A stretch of 63,993 nucleotides of DNA, the filler included, from Octopus bimaculoides (taxonomy: Eukaryota): NCBI RefSeq assembly GCF_001194135.2. It is 5 parts of 5 records of this genome, joined end to end, with 100 filler letters (N's around TTAATTAATTAA, not from the genome) between each part and the next. Parts side by side here need not be neighbours in the genome. Positions count along the whole stretch, not along the records: positions 17,455 to 40,775 come from NC_069007.1; 4 more parts are not named here. One strand, given 5' to 3'. This document shows, in pieces, positions 24,550 through 38,449 of the stretch. A program made the translations under genes and the position numbers. Positions within the stretch are counted from its first letter, which is position 1. Every line of letters begins with the position of its first letter. The notes beneath the pieces were generated by a model, which was given only the letters and a program-made list of their open reading frames with translations, was not told where the DNA came from and did no database searches.

Positions 24550-24896
24550 AACCCATGCTAGCATGGAAAGCGGACGTTAAACGATGATGATGATGATGNN
24601 NNNNNNNNNNNNNNNNNNNNNNNNNNNNNNNNNNNNNNNNNNNNNNNNNNNNNNNNNNNNNNNNNNNNNNNNNNNNNNNNNNNNNNNNNNNNNNNNNNNN
24701 NNNNNNNNNNNNNNNNNNNNNNNNNNNNNNNNNNNNNNNNNNNNNNNNNNNNNNNNNNNNNNNNNNNNNNNNNNNNNNNNNNNNNNNNNNNNTATATATA
24801 TATATATATATATATCTATCTGTATGTATGCATATATATACATATATACATACATGCATGCGTACATACATACATAATGAGTTAATAATCTGAAAT

Positions 24897-25095
24897 ACTA
24901 ACTTCCAAAACACCAACCAGCCAGACAGCCTCTTGATCACTGACCAATCTGGTGGACACTCAAGCCAAATAGACATCATTCTCTCCCCCCCAAAAACAAG
25001 ACAGACAAGTTACTGTGACCACAAAGTCATTCCCTGATGAGGAATTTACGAGCGAACATCAATTAGTGATCAGCGACTGCAAATTTAGAGCTAAG
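24897..25095 (+). mobile_element. RTE-clade LINE APE-endonuclease fragment
   Basis: TNFQNTNQPDSLLITDQSGGHSSQIDIIL, a frameshift, then TKSFPDEEFTSEHQLVISDCKFRAK. This matches the RTE endonuclease C-terminal pattern HLITY.SG...SQIDYIL...K..P.E...S.H.LV..D. Confidence 0.8.
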
Positions 25096-25710
25096 TTTAT
25101 TTGAAAAACAGATGAGGGCTGGATGCTCTTCCTGTTGCCAACGCTTATCTGTTTCTAAGTAAAGTAATACTTCTTCATGATTGCATATGCTTGACATGTC
25201 TTCTCAAGTACAGCAGTTCGGTAGAAGGCTATAGTAGAAGACACTTGCCCAAGGTGCCACGCAGTGGGACTGAACCCGGAACCATGTGGTTGGTAAGCAA
25301 GCTACTTACCACACAGCCACTCCTGCGCCTTATATATATATATATATCCAAAATATATATATATCCTATATATATATATATCCAAAATTTTAAATTTAAA
25401 AGAGAGTTTTGACACTAATATCCATTATTATTGGTAGCGATTACATGTTTTTCTCATCATCAACACATTGTGGAGATATCATCATATGAACAAATATATA
25501 CATATATATATCTATATCTATATATATATATATTTATATNNNNNNNNNNNNNNNNNNNNNNNNNNNNNNNNNNNNNNNNNNNNNNNNNNNNNNNNNNNNN
25601 NNNNNNNNNNNNNNNNNNNNNNNNNNNNNNNNNNNNNNNNNNNNNNNNNNNNNNNNNNNNNNNNNNNNNNNNNNNNNNNNNNNNNNNNNNNNNNNNNNNN
25701 NNNNNNNNNN

Positions 25711-25747
<37 letters not shown>

Positions 25748-27151
25748 ATATGTATATATATACACACACATATATATAATATATAATACATGCATATATA
25801 TCAAGCTGTCTTCATCTGCAAGCGTGTGTGTGTGTGTGTGTGTGACTGTCACATTAATTCTAATACAAAACTCAAGTGGAGAGTAGAATAAGTAGACAAA
25901 ATAAATTTGTATTTGTAATCTGGTAAAAAAGGCAGACATATTTATAGCCGAAAGATATGTTCGTTTGATCCAGTCTTTGATAATGTTATGCTGAAGTGAA
26001 TCAATAGACACAAACCACGATAGCAAAGTTTTATAAACGAGAAAATATTTATAGGTCAATTAACCAATACAGGAGACATACATTAGGTCGAGTCAATGGG
26101 TGAGTTTCAATGTGATTGTACGGCCTGCTAGAAATAGCAGAGAAGCCAAACCTCACCACCAATTCCATTGTATTGCCTGAGCCGTTTAACATTCAGATTA
26201 TTTTGTCAAATGCAATGCTTATTTATTCACATCGTTCGAAATTAATCATGCATTATTTTGTAGCTTTGAAATTTTTATGTTGTGATTATTTTTAGGATGA
26301 CATTGTAGGGTAGGTGTGAGAGACCAGATTTTGCCAGATTTGGCCAGTTTCAACATAAAACAGTCACAGTGGGACTGAACCTGGAACCATGTGGTTGGGA
26401 AGCAAGTTTCTTACCACACAGCCACATTTACATTTCAAACACCACCTTAATAATGACAAAACTATTTCAGTAAATTATTCATTATTTTCGCAATTAATTG
26501 CAACAAAGACACCATATTTGAACAGAAATATCCTTGTCATATGATTTAGCTTCCAAATCTTTCCATCATGTTTGTCTTTTCACATTTGGTATCAACATAG
26601 CCAAAACTCCCTCTAGTTCCATCGTGTAAGCTTCTTGTCTTAAAACGATCTAAATTAAAACACTTTATCATGATTTCTTGATAATTTCATATTCTAAACA
26701 CCAAAATATATTCACAACAGAATTATTTACTCCATTTTTCAGGCAGTGGTGAATGTACCAAAAAAAAAAAAAAAAATGAGTTAACCACAGAAAAGAGTTA
26801 AAACATGATGACCTAATTAATAAAAAACTCGGAATCGTCATCGTCGTCGTCGTCGTCATTGTCGTCATCATCATCATCATCATCATTACCACCGCCGCTG
26901 CCTCTGTGGGGCACTTTGGGCAAGTGTCTTCTACTAAAGCCTTGGGCTGACCAAAGCCTTNNNNNNNNNNATAAAAAACTCGGAATCGTCATCGTCGTCG
27001 TCGTCGTCATTGTCGTCATCATCATCATCATCATCATTACCACCGCCGCTGCCTCTGTGGGGCACTTTGGGCAAGTGTCTTCTACTAAAGCCTTGGGCTG
27101 ACCAAAGCCTTGTGAATGTATTTGGTAGGTGGAAATTGAAAGAAGCCCATC

Positions 27152-27195
<44 letters not shown>

Positions 27196-27751
27196 CTGTA
27201 TTTGTCTCCCCATCACCGCTTGACAATTGGTGTCGGTGTGTTTACGTCCCTCTAACTTGGTGGTTCGGCAAAAGAGAACGATAGAATAAGTACTAGGCTT
27301 GAAATATAAGTCCTGGGGGTTAATTTGCTCAACTAAAAAGCCCTTGAAGGCGGTGCTCTAGCATGGCCACAGTCAACTGACTGAAACAAGTAAAAGAATG
27401 AAAGAACAAAAGAATATATACATACACATATTTACACACACACACACACAAATATATTTACACACAGAGGAAAGTACATACAGGCATACACACATGCTTA
27501 TAGATATACTATGCACTGTAATGGTGTGGTACGATGGGGGGGGGGCGTCCATGTAGCAATAAAACCACAAATAAAGGAGTGTTATCTGTCTCCTTTTTAT
27601 AATAGACAGGATTCCCCGTTTAAAAAAAATTGGCAATAACGAGCTAATTAAAGAAATCAATAGAAGACAGCATCATAGAGTCGTTGCACACAGACATACT
27701 GACACAGACTCTGAAACACTTTGCATCAATATATACATAGATATGTAGATA

Positions 27752-27837
<86 letters not shown>

Positions 27838-27939
27838 TTCTTTAGACCTGTTTTTATCACTAGAGTGTTAGCAACAATAGTTAACCTATATTACTAGATG
27901 TGTTTATATATATACATATATATACATATATATATACAT

Positions 27940-28417
27940 AGGTGCAGGAGTGGCTGTGTGGTAAGTAGCTTGCTTACCAACCACATGGTTCCGGGTTCAG
28001 TCCCACTGCGTGGCTATTTGGGCACGTGTCTTCTACTATAGCCTCGGGCCGACCAAAGCCTTGTGAGTGGATTTGGTAGACNNNNNNNNNNGGTTCAGTC
28101 CCACTGCGTGGCTATTTGGGCACGTGTCTTCTACTATAGCCTCGGGCCGACCAAAGCCTTGTGAGTGGATTTGGTAGACGAAAACTGAAAGAAGCCCGTC
28201 GTATATATGTATATGTATATATATATATGTATGTATGTGTGTGTGTGTGTGTGTTTATGCAACTGTGTTTGTCCCTCCAACATCGCTTGACAACCGATGC
28301 TGGTGTGTTTATGTCCCCGTAACTTAGCGGTTCGGCAAAAGAGATCGATAGAATAGGTATCAGGCTTACAAAGAATAAGTCCTGGGGTCAATTTGCTCGA
28401 CTAAAGGCGGCGCTCCA
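27940..28417 (+). mobile_element. SINE family A, near full-length (includes a gap-flanking artefactual duplication)
   Basis: Head ggtgcaggagtggctgtgtggtaagtagcttgcttaccaaccacatggttccgggttcagtccc through to the tail, truncated at ggcgctcca. Confidence 0.9.
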
Positions 28418-28665
28418 ATCTTTTATTCTTTTACTTGTTTCAGTCATTTGCACTGCGGCCATGCTGGAGCACTGCTTTTAGTTGAACAAATCGACCCCCA
28501 GGACTTATTCTTTGTAAGTCTACTACTTATTCTATCGGTGTCTTTTACTGAACCGCCAAGTTATGGGGAAGTAAACACACCAGCATCGGTTTCCAAGAAA
28601 TGGTAGGGGGACAAACACAGACACACAAATATATACACATACATACATACATATATATATACATA
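28418..28665 (-). mobile_element. SINE family A 3' half, tail-to-tail with the preceding copy
   Basis: Reverse-complement tail begins immediately after 28417. Confidence 0.88.
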
Positions 28666-28859
28666 TATATATATTATATATATATATATACCCATTTGCA
28701 TAAGGTTGTAGTGCTTGTGATGTGTGTCTGTGTGTGTGTTGGTGTGTCTGTGTGTGCGCGTGTCAGCCGTGTAATATTTAGACAAATAAATTATTATAAA
28801 CGAAATAAATGACATCTGAAACGATTGAGTAGCAATTTAGAAGAAACTGCAGCAAGTGA

Positions 28860-29476
28860 AAGGGAACGAGAGGATCAAGGAGGAATTTGGAAGATGACGA
28901 AGAAGAAGAAGAAGAAGAAGAAGAAGAAGAAGAAGAAGAGGTAATATGAATGTGTGTGTTTGTGTGATGGAAAGGTTACTATCTGTAATCAAGACAATGG
29001 AAGCGTTTAAACGACAAGTAGACGGTTAGATGTAGAGAATGAAGCAGTGGAGTCATGTTGGAGCTTGTCAGCAGATTGTAAATGGAAAGGAATGAGAAGT
29101 GGTGAAGGCACCGAGAAAGAGAGAGAGAGAGAGAAATAGAGTAACAAGGTGGGAGGGAGATAGAGAGTGAGTAGATTGTCAGTAAGGAGCTGCAAGAGGG
29201 AAAGAGAAAGAGAGAAGCAGGGAGGAAAATGGAGAGAGAAAGAGACGGACAGAGACAACCGTGTAAAAGACAGGAAGAGAGAGAGAGAGAGAGATAACGA
29301 AAATAAGAGTGACAAGGAGAGAGGAAAAGAGGGAGAAGAGACAAACAGAGAGAGAGAGAGAGAGAGAGATTAGTAGATTGTGAGAAAGGACATTAGAGAG
29401 GAAGTGAGAGAAGGAGAAAAAGTAGGAACGAAATAAAGAGAGTGAGAAAGCGAGGAAGAGAATACATGCAGAGAGT

Positions 29477-29534
<58 letters not shown>

Positions 29535-30700
29535 CAACGATGTAGAAATCATAAAAAATAGTTTAAGCGTTTAAGAAAGGAGAAGGAGGAAGGGGAGGGA
29601 ATCAGAAGAATCAAATAATGAGAGAGGGAGAGGGAGAGGGAGAGGGAAGGAATTCATTGAATTAGAGCGAGGGAGCGACGGAAGAAGAGGAGGGATAGAA
29701 AGAAATATAGATTAAACAGAGAGAGGGGGAGAGAAGGAAGAAGAGATGGTAAGAGATTAATGGTGGGGAAAATGTCAGCAGCTGGAATGTTGGGATGATA
29801 GAGAGAAGAGAGAAAACGACGGAGAGGAGGAATACGAATAATTAGAAGGATTAATAGCGTTTAAAAGAGGAGAAGGTAGAGTAAGGTAAGCAGTGAGAAG
29901 AGGAGGGAGGGATAGGAGGAGGAGGAGGAGTGGAGGTAATCAAAATGAATTGTAGGATAAATAAATGTTTGAAGGATTTAAAAGAGGAGTAGAGAGGGAG
30001 AGAGGAGAAAGGGGAGGAGGAGGAGGAGAGAATATACAGTGGGAGACTCTGTGTGTGTGTGTGGGGTCTTATGTGTGAATGTGTTTGTGTATGGCATGTG
30101 TGTGTGTGTATATGTGTCTTTGTGCATGTATGTGTATGTTGTATGCGTGTACTAGTATGCTGTGTGCATGTGTGTGAGTGTTTGTGCATGTATGTATGTA
30201 TGTATGTATGTGTGTGTGTGCATGTGTATATGTATATATATGTATTTATGTATATATGCATGTATGTATATATGTGTGTGTGTGTGTATGTATGTGTATG
30301 CATGTATGTGTGTGTATGTATATACGTATGTGTGTTTGTATGTATGTTTGTATGTATGTATGTGTGTGTGTATGTATGCGTGTGTATGTGTGTGTGTATA
30401 TGTGTGTGTGTGTATGTGTGTGTGTATATGTGTGTGTGTATGTGTGTGAGGAGAATTTTGAACTGTAGACATTTCAAAAAATGATCTGAGTTGGGGAGTG
30501 TGTGTGTGTGCTTGTGTGTGCTTGTGTGTGTTTGTGTGTGTGTGTATGTGTGTGTGTGTGTGTGTGTTAGTGTTTAGCCATGATTTTATAAAGAAAAAAC
30601 AAATGAAGGTAGCAAAAGTAAAACAGAAAACGAGAGAAAGAGAGAGAAGGAGGAAGAGAGAGAGAGAGAGAGAGTGTGTGTGTGTGTGTGTTAGATGACA
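28860..30700. repeat. Purine-rich (GA/GAA/GGA) tract followed by a degenerate (TG/TATG)n tract
   Basis: Direct reading. Confidence 0.9.
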
Positions 30701-31084
30701 CACTCACTCTTATGGTAAGGAAGATAGTAAAGAAGGAGAGAAAGAGAATGCATGGCATGAAAGAGAGAGAGAGAGAGAAGCAGAGAAAAGAAAGTAACAG
30801 AAACCTAGATAAATATATAAATAGACAGGTAGGTAGATAGATAGGTAAATGAATAGATAGATAGATGAATAGATGGCGACAGGTAGGGAGGTAGATGAAC
30901 AGATTCACAGGTAAGTAGAAAAATGCTGAATCTCCCTGAGAACTATGTTAAGGGTCCGTTTGTCTGTGGAGTGCTCAGCCACTTGTACGTTAACTTCAAG
31001 AGCAGGTCATTTTGTTAATTGGATCAACTGAAACCTTTGCCGTCATAACTGACAGAGTGCCATATGTATATATATATATATATG

Positions 31085-31412
31085 TAGGGAGCACTCCGTC
31101 GGTTACGTCGACGAGGGTCCCAGCTGATATGATCAGTGGAACAGCTTGATCCTGAAATTAACATGCAAGTGGTTGAGCACTCCACGGACATACTCTCTTT
31201 TACTCTTTTACTTGTTTCAGTCTTTTTGACTGCGGCCATGCTGGAGCACCGCCTTTAGTCGAGCAAATCAACCCCAGGACTTATTCTTTGGTAGCCTAGT
31301 ACTTATTCTATCGGTCTCTTTTGCCGAACCGCTAAGTTACGGGGACGTAAACACACCAGCATCGGTTGTCAAGCGATGTTGGGGGGACAAACACAGACAC
31401 ACAAACACACAA

Positions 31413-31457
<45 letters not shown>

Positions 31458-31848
31458 CGACGGGCTTCTTTCAGTTTCCGTCTACCAAATTCACTCACAA
31501 GGCTTTGGTCGGCCCGAGGCTATAGTAGAAGACACTTGCCCAAGGTGCTACGCAGTGGGACTGAACCCAGAACCGTGTGGTTGGTAAGCAAACTACTTAC
31601 CACACAGTCACTCCTACGCCTACATGTGTACCCTTAATGTAGTTCTCAGAGACATTCAGCATGACACGGAGTGTGACAAGGCTGGTCCTTTTAGAAATAC
31701 AGGTACTACTCATTTTTTGCCAGCTGAGTGAACTGGAGCAGCGTGGAATAAAGTGTCTTGCTCAAGGACACCACACGTCGCTGGGAATTGAACTCATGAT
31801 CTTACGATCATGAGTCGAATGCCCTAACCACTAAGCCATGAGCCTCCA
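31085..31848 (-). mobile_element. SINE family C (tRNA head plus gtgtccttgagcaagacactt V/CORE-like motif), split by a family A insertion
   Basis: The reverse complement of 31622-31848 gives tggaggctcatggcttagtggttagggcattcgactc...gagttcaattccc...gtgtccttgagcaagacacttt. The tail continues at 31085-31195. Confidence 0.8.
31196..31622 (-). mobile_element. SINE family A, full-length reference-like copy
   Basis: Complete from the head (ggcgtaggagtgactgtgtggtaag) through the internal TA/CA microsatellite to the (aaagagt)n-like tail. Confidence 0.92.
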
Positions 31849-32099
31849 ATTCTTTCAACTCTTGGTACAAGGTCTGAAATTTTGTGGAGGTCACTTGTTG
31901 ATTATATTGACCACAGAGCTCAACGAGTACTTCTATTATTGACTATGAGAGAATTAAAGGTGAAGTTGACCTGAGCAGAATTTGAACTCAGAACCTAAAG
32001 AGTGTCACTAAGCATTATGTTTGGTTTGGTAACAGTTTTGCCAGTTTGCTGATGGTGTAATGAAATGAGAGGAAGTCTGAGAGAGACAATTAAAAGAAA

Positions 32100-32149
32100 A
32101 TTAAAAGTAATGAAGTGAAGAAAGAGAAGTGAAAGGTGAGTTAGAGAGG

Positions 32150-32235
<86 letters not shown>

Positions 32236-32260
32236 GAAAGAGACAGAGAGAGACAGAAAA

Positions 32261-32299
<39 letters not shown>

Positions 32300-32408
32300 A
32301 AAGAGAGAGAGACAGAAAAAGAGAGAGAGACAGAAAGAGAGAGAGAGAAAGAAAGGAAATAAGAGAAAAAGTAAGAAGGAAACAGTGAGATAAAAATAAA
32401 AGTTGAAG

Positions 32409-32444
<36 letters not shown>

Positions 32445-32947
32445 AAGAAAGAGAGAATAGGAGTAGAAAAGGAGAAAGACAAAAAGTTAATAAGACAGAA
32501 TAAGAAAAGAGAGTGAGAGAGAAGGAGAGAGGGAGAAGAGAAAATGAAAAAGAAAGAGAAAGGCAAAGAGAGAGAGTGAGGAAGAAAGAGGAAGAGAAAA
32601 TGGTTTAAAAGAAAGAGTGGGAGTAGAAGAAAGAGGGAAAAAGAAAGGGAATGAAGTGAGAAGAGAGAGAGAGGGATAGAAAGGGAGATAGAGAAGTGAG
32701 GGGAGTAGTAGGAGAAGGAGGGGGGAAGAAAAGCAAAGAGATAAAGAGAGAGTGAGACGAAGTAAGAAAGAAAAAGAAAAAGAAAAAGAAAAGAGGCAAG
32801 GAAGTAAAGAAGTGAGTGAAAAAGAAGAGAAGGGAGACAAAAAGGTTAGTGAGAAAGAGGGAGAGAGAAAGAGAGGGAGGGAGGGAGGAGATGTGGTTAA
32901 TTAAAATATTTGCTTAAATGCTAACAATAAGATAAGTAGGATAAAGT

Positions 32948-32978
<31 letters not shown>

Positions 32979-33103
32979 CAAGTTATGTATTTATATATAT
33001 AAGTAGAGAGAGAGAGATAGACACATACACACACACACACACAAACACAAACACACACACACACACACACGCATATATATATATATATAGAGAGAGAAAG
33101 AGA

Positions 33104-33170
<67 letters not shown>

Positions 33171-33215
33171 GTAGATATAGAGAGATAGATAGATAAGATA
33201 CACAGACAGACAGAC

Positions 33216-33249
<34 letters not shown>

Positions 33250-33355
33250 GTAGATAGATAGGTAGATAGATAGATAGATAGACAGATAGCTAGCCAGCTA
33301 GACAGAAAGATAGCTAGCTAGCTAGCTAGCTAGATAGATAAGATAGACAGACAGC

Positions 33356-33395
<40 letters not shown>

Positions 33396-33599
33396 CAGAC
33401 AGATGGATGGATGATTGATATCATACATGCAGACAGACAGACAGACAGACAAAGTAGCAGGTTTAATTGAGAGAAAGTGTTAGAAATTAGTTACAAATGA
33501 AGGAGAACCGAGACAATCAAAAGAATCGAATTGTTTAAAATAGAGCAAAGTGGTCGTGATGGTGAGGTGAGAAGATGTAATGAGGTGAAAATCAAGGAA

Positions 33600-33652
<53 letters not shown>

Positions 33653-33966
33653 ATTATCTTTATTTAGGATAAAGAAAGTAAGAAAGAGAGAGAGAGAGAT
33701 GAAAGAGAGACAAAACTGTTTGCCTGTCTATCCATCTTGATAGATACATAGATCTATGAATCTAGCTCATAGATCTATTTATGTATCTTGATTGATTGAT
33801 AGAAAGATCTATCTATCTATCTGTCTATCTATCTACCTACCTAGATAGATAGATAGATAGAAAGATGGGTGGAGAGGAGTAAGAAGAATTTTGAGACAAT
33901 TAAAAGAATTGAGTTCTTTAAATTCAAGAGGGAGATAAGAAGTAAGAGAAGTGTATGAAAATAGGT

Positions 33967-34008
<42 letters not shown>

Positions 34009-34760
34009 TGAAAGAGAGACAAAGGAAGACAGAGATTAGAGAGGGAGGTGAGAAAGATATGAGAGATAGAACGAAAGACATGAGAGAGATGTGTTTGGAG
34101 ATAAGAGTGAAACATGGAAAGGGATAAAGAGAATAGGAAAAAGATGAAAGGTAGATATATATAGAGATGAGAGAGAGAAAGAGGAAGATGCGTGAGAAAG
34201 ATGGAAAGAGAGAGAGAGAGAGAGAGAGGAAAGGGAGATTTATATAGAGAGAGAGCGAGAGATGAGAGGGAGAGAAAGAAATATAGAAAGAGGAAAGATG
34301 TAGAGGGAAACATGTGAAGAGAAAGAGAGAAAGGGATAGAAAGGGAAGAGAGAAACAGGTTATGATTGAGAGAAGGAGAGAGAGAGAGGGGGGAGAGAGA
34401 GAGGGGGAGAGAGAGGGGAGAGAGAGGACAGAGAGAGGGGGACAGAGAGAGAGAGAGGACAGAGAGAGAGAGGACAGAGAGAGAGAGAGGACAGAGAGAT
34501 AGAGGACAGAGAGAAATATGTAGAGACATAGAGAGAAAGGGGAAAGAACGGGAAGAAAGAAACATGTTATGATAGAGAGAGAGAGGAAAGAGAGAAACAT
34601 GTAAAGACATAGGGAGGTAAAGAAAGAGAGGAAAGGGAGAGAAACACAGAATGAAAAACAAGGGGGAGATAAAAAGATAGATGGAGAAAAAGAGAGGGAG
34701 GGATCAGAAATGAAGTGAAGAAGGCGGAGTGGGGGTGGTGACGAGATGGTAAGAGTTGCG
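32100..34760. repeat. Long (GA)n/polypurine tracts with (GATA)n, (TAGC)n and (CTAT)n blocks
   Basis: GA-rich at 32100-32980 and 33930-34700, GATA at 33100-33420, CTAT at 33600-33650 and 33808-33838. Confidence 0.95.
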
Positions 34761-35693
34761 TTGCGTTTGTAACGAGTGGAACTCTTCAGCATAAGAAGCA
34801 GAATAAGTGTGTTGAGTGTGTGTTAAGAAGATGGCTGCGCCCAGTCTGAACCTGCTTCAATTGCCTGATGCTATTTTACTTCGGATTTTCACTTATTTAC
34901 CAATCCCCGATGTCTACCAACTGTCCAAGAGCAGCCCCAAATTGCACTGTCTCTGCTATGATCAGTATGTGGTGAGGTGAGTAGGGCCTGGGTCGGAGAG
35001 AAATAGGGAGAAAGGAAGAAAGTTTGGTTTATTATTTACATGTACATATGTGCTGTATGTCTGTCATGTTATACATACGTGTGTGTGTGTGTGTATATAT
35101 CGTGTTTTCAACGATCTCATACTGTCATCTAGATATATATTACATATACACATTCTGTTTGTGCATATATACGCACGTACATACATATGAGTATATTAAC
35201 CGTGTGTATGTATGTATATATATACATAATGTATGTATATCTATGTCGTTGACGTTGTAAGAATTTTATAAACTTTCGAGAGAATGTGAAATAATTCTTT
35301 ATTGGAATAATGGTTCTCGAAGCTCACCACGTAGAACTATAAAGAACAGCATGTAAATATTAGGTTGAAAGATCGTTTTTGTATACGACCCCCCCTCCTC
35401 ACCATCAACCAAAGGTTATTCGTTATAGATGTATGTGCTGTGCTTCGAGAACCATTTCCCCATTGTTCCATGTATGTATGTATGTATGTATATACACCAC
35501 GTATACCCAATGTGTGTATGTGTGGTTATGGATATATGCAACAATTGTATTTTCTCTACTAAGAATTATTGTGAGGTTTGTTGGGTTACGGAGTGAGAAA
35601 GAAAGAAACCTCAGTTCATATTTATATACACACACGTCTGAATATCATGTAATAATGTATATATTTCGTGTTTTTAAATATCTCGTACTGTTG

Positions 35694-35749
<56 letters not shown>

Positions 35750-36281
35750 GTATGTATGTATGTATGTATATATATTTAATTAGACTATTCAGCTGGTGCG
35801 ATCAATAAAAAAAAGTATTCAATTCAGTGAAAGATAAATGTTATTTAATATACAAAGGATTTAAATACGAGCTACTATAAGTTTCATGCCTCTGATAATA
35901 CGATGGTCGGACAAGCTTGTATAGCGTGCCTTGTGATTTACAAGGAAGCTGACTCAAAAATACATGTATGTGTGCTCATAATTTATACACACCACACATA
36001 TGCCCAATGGATGTATGCAACAGTTGTATTATCTCTTATAAGTTGGGCTGGGATTTGTTGCTTAACATGCACACTTGTGTTTCTTGTGAACATCTTGTAT
36101 ATCTTGTTCTGAAATATCCCGCTGTTTACACACACACACACACACACCACGTTGCTAATATACTCATTTATGTATGTATATACATCCTACATGTCGTTAC
36201 CATACTTCGTGAACGTACTTATGTATGTATGTACACCCCATATAGTTAATGTATTATACACACATACGTATACATACATTA

Positions 36282-36325
<44 letters not shown>

Positions 36326-36428
36326 CACGGTTAATATACTCGTATGTACGTACGTGCGTACATATACACAAACAGAATGTGTGTATGTACACACCACATT
36401 TAATAAACGGTATGTATGTATGTATGTA

Positions 36429-36459
<31 letters not shown>

Positions 36460-36779
36460 CTTGCCAAGTGCTGTCAAATGCTCTCTCTCTCTCACACACA
36501 CACACACACAGATATGTATAACCCAAACAAATACATCATCGTTGTGTTCGACTATTTATCTTCCAACTTATTCGATCGACTGCTAACTGATTGCCCGAGT
36601 ATTCCTCAGTCTGCAACAGACACTTGTATTCATTGTACGATTACCTGGCAGGACCATTATGGCAATTTCTATCTCAATAGCACCAGACTACCTGTTCCCA
36701 CAATTTCTGCCTACCCCAGTTTTTCTCTCACCATGTATGGCCGACCCGACAGCTATATATATCTTTTATATATTTTTTC

Positions 36780-36963
36780 GTAGTTTCAGTCATTTGACTG
36801 CGGGCCATGCTGGGGCACCTCATTGAAAGGTTTAAGTCGAATAAATCGATACCAGTACTTTTTTTTAAAAATCTGGTACTTATTGTATCTGCCTCTTCTA
36901 CTGAAACGCTAACTTACAGGGATGTAAACGAACCGACACTGGTTGCCAAGAAGTTGACACATT

Positions 36964-37011
<48 letters not shown>

Positions 37012-37160
37012 CACGCGCGCACACACACACGACAGGCTTCTATACAGTTTCCGTCTACCAAATGTACTCCAAGGCTTTGGCTGGCCTGAGGTTATAGTAG
37101 ATGGCCTTTGCCTAAGGTGCTGCGCAGTGGGACTGAACCCCAAACCATGTAGTTGAGGAG
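36780..37160 (-). mobile_element. SINE family A
   Basis: Tail, (CA)n and head in order on the minus strand. Confidence 0.85.
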
Positions 37161-37632
37161 CAGAGAGAAAAAAAAAGACGTTTTGGGGATTCGAACTTGG
37201 AACCCCACAGCTGCGAAACGAACTTAACCATGCCTGTCACCACATACACTCATATCTTACACAACACATGGGTTAATATATTGCTTATCTATGTGTGTGT
37301 TGGTTTGTCTATTTATCTATGACTTTATATACATATATACATCTGTTTATATATATGTTGTAATCTCTCATTGTCTATATAATATATACGCACATTATAT
37401 TCTTTGTTTATATAGACGTGTATTTGTGTATATGTATGTCTTACACATTGTATACCTTCAGCTGTCTGTATTACACACACATACACTTTTACTGTAACTT
37501 CGAAGTTTCGGCTTGATTGCCTTTGAATGTGAAATCGTTTTCATTATAGCTTGACATAAAATTAATGTGTATGTCTATTTATATGTATGTCGATTTGGTG
37601 ACACAAACAGGAAAATATAACTCAAAACACGA

Positions 37633-37672
<40 letters not shown>

Positions 37673-37873
37673 GTACAGTTTTTTAAAATTAATATTCAGC
37701 AGAAGTTACAAAGTGACTTGAGGGCCGAGAGTTTCGTACGTTGGCATTTAGCAAACACGCGCATACGCACACAAGTGTGTGTGTATATGTGTGTTTGTAT
37801 GCGCCCGCGTGTGTGGGTGTATCTATGCCTATGTAGATATGTGTGTATGTATATGCATGTTTGTGTATGTATG

Positions 37874-37921
<48 letters not shown>

Positions 37922-38449
37922 CGCGTGTACATATACATCTCTCATACGATTATGTTTTTATATGTCTGTATGACGCCGATCTTTCATAAATGCAAACGCA
38001 CGCATATTTCTAGTTTTTGAGTGGGGGCCGCCCTCTTTGCCTTTTGCTCTTCCGGGGTTCGACAAAACCAGGGACCCGCGAACCCATGATCGACTCATTA
38101 GATACTGAGGTCGCCATAATTAACTGTTGGTTCTTTTTATCCCAATTATTTCTCGCTCTGTGTCCTAATTAGACACCATAATTTTCCAATTACCATTCAT
38201 CAAAGCGAAAAGCCAATGTGTGTGTGTGTATACGTTGTTTCTTTTCCTTGGTCAGCCCCCAACTGACCAAATATAGAATCTACGGCGCTCCAACCTTGAT
38301 TATTCCATCTCATTTCCTGGTATAATGCGCTTATTTATTTATTGGAGCACTAATGCCTTCTTTGTATAATATAGCTGAGTGTGATTTGAGGGAGATTTGA
38401 GCTATCGTTTTTAGCAAGGCGATCGAATCAAGCACGTTGAGGGAGTGTT

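Noticed and set aside
36510-36783. About 90-codon open stretch (…TITWQDHYGNFYLNSTRLP…) with a possible branch point and acceptor
   Set aside because: Two frames are open because of low stop density, there is no recognisable motif, and the donor is weak.
37165-37240. tRNA gene on the minus strand (B box AGTTCGAATCC followed by a T run)
   Set aside because: The T-arm and acceptor stem do not pair; it resembles a diverged SINE head. The same applies to 7038-7115 and all SINE heads.
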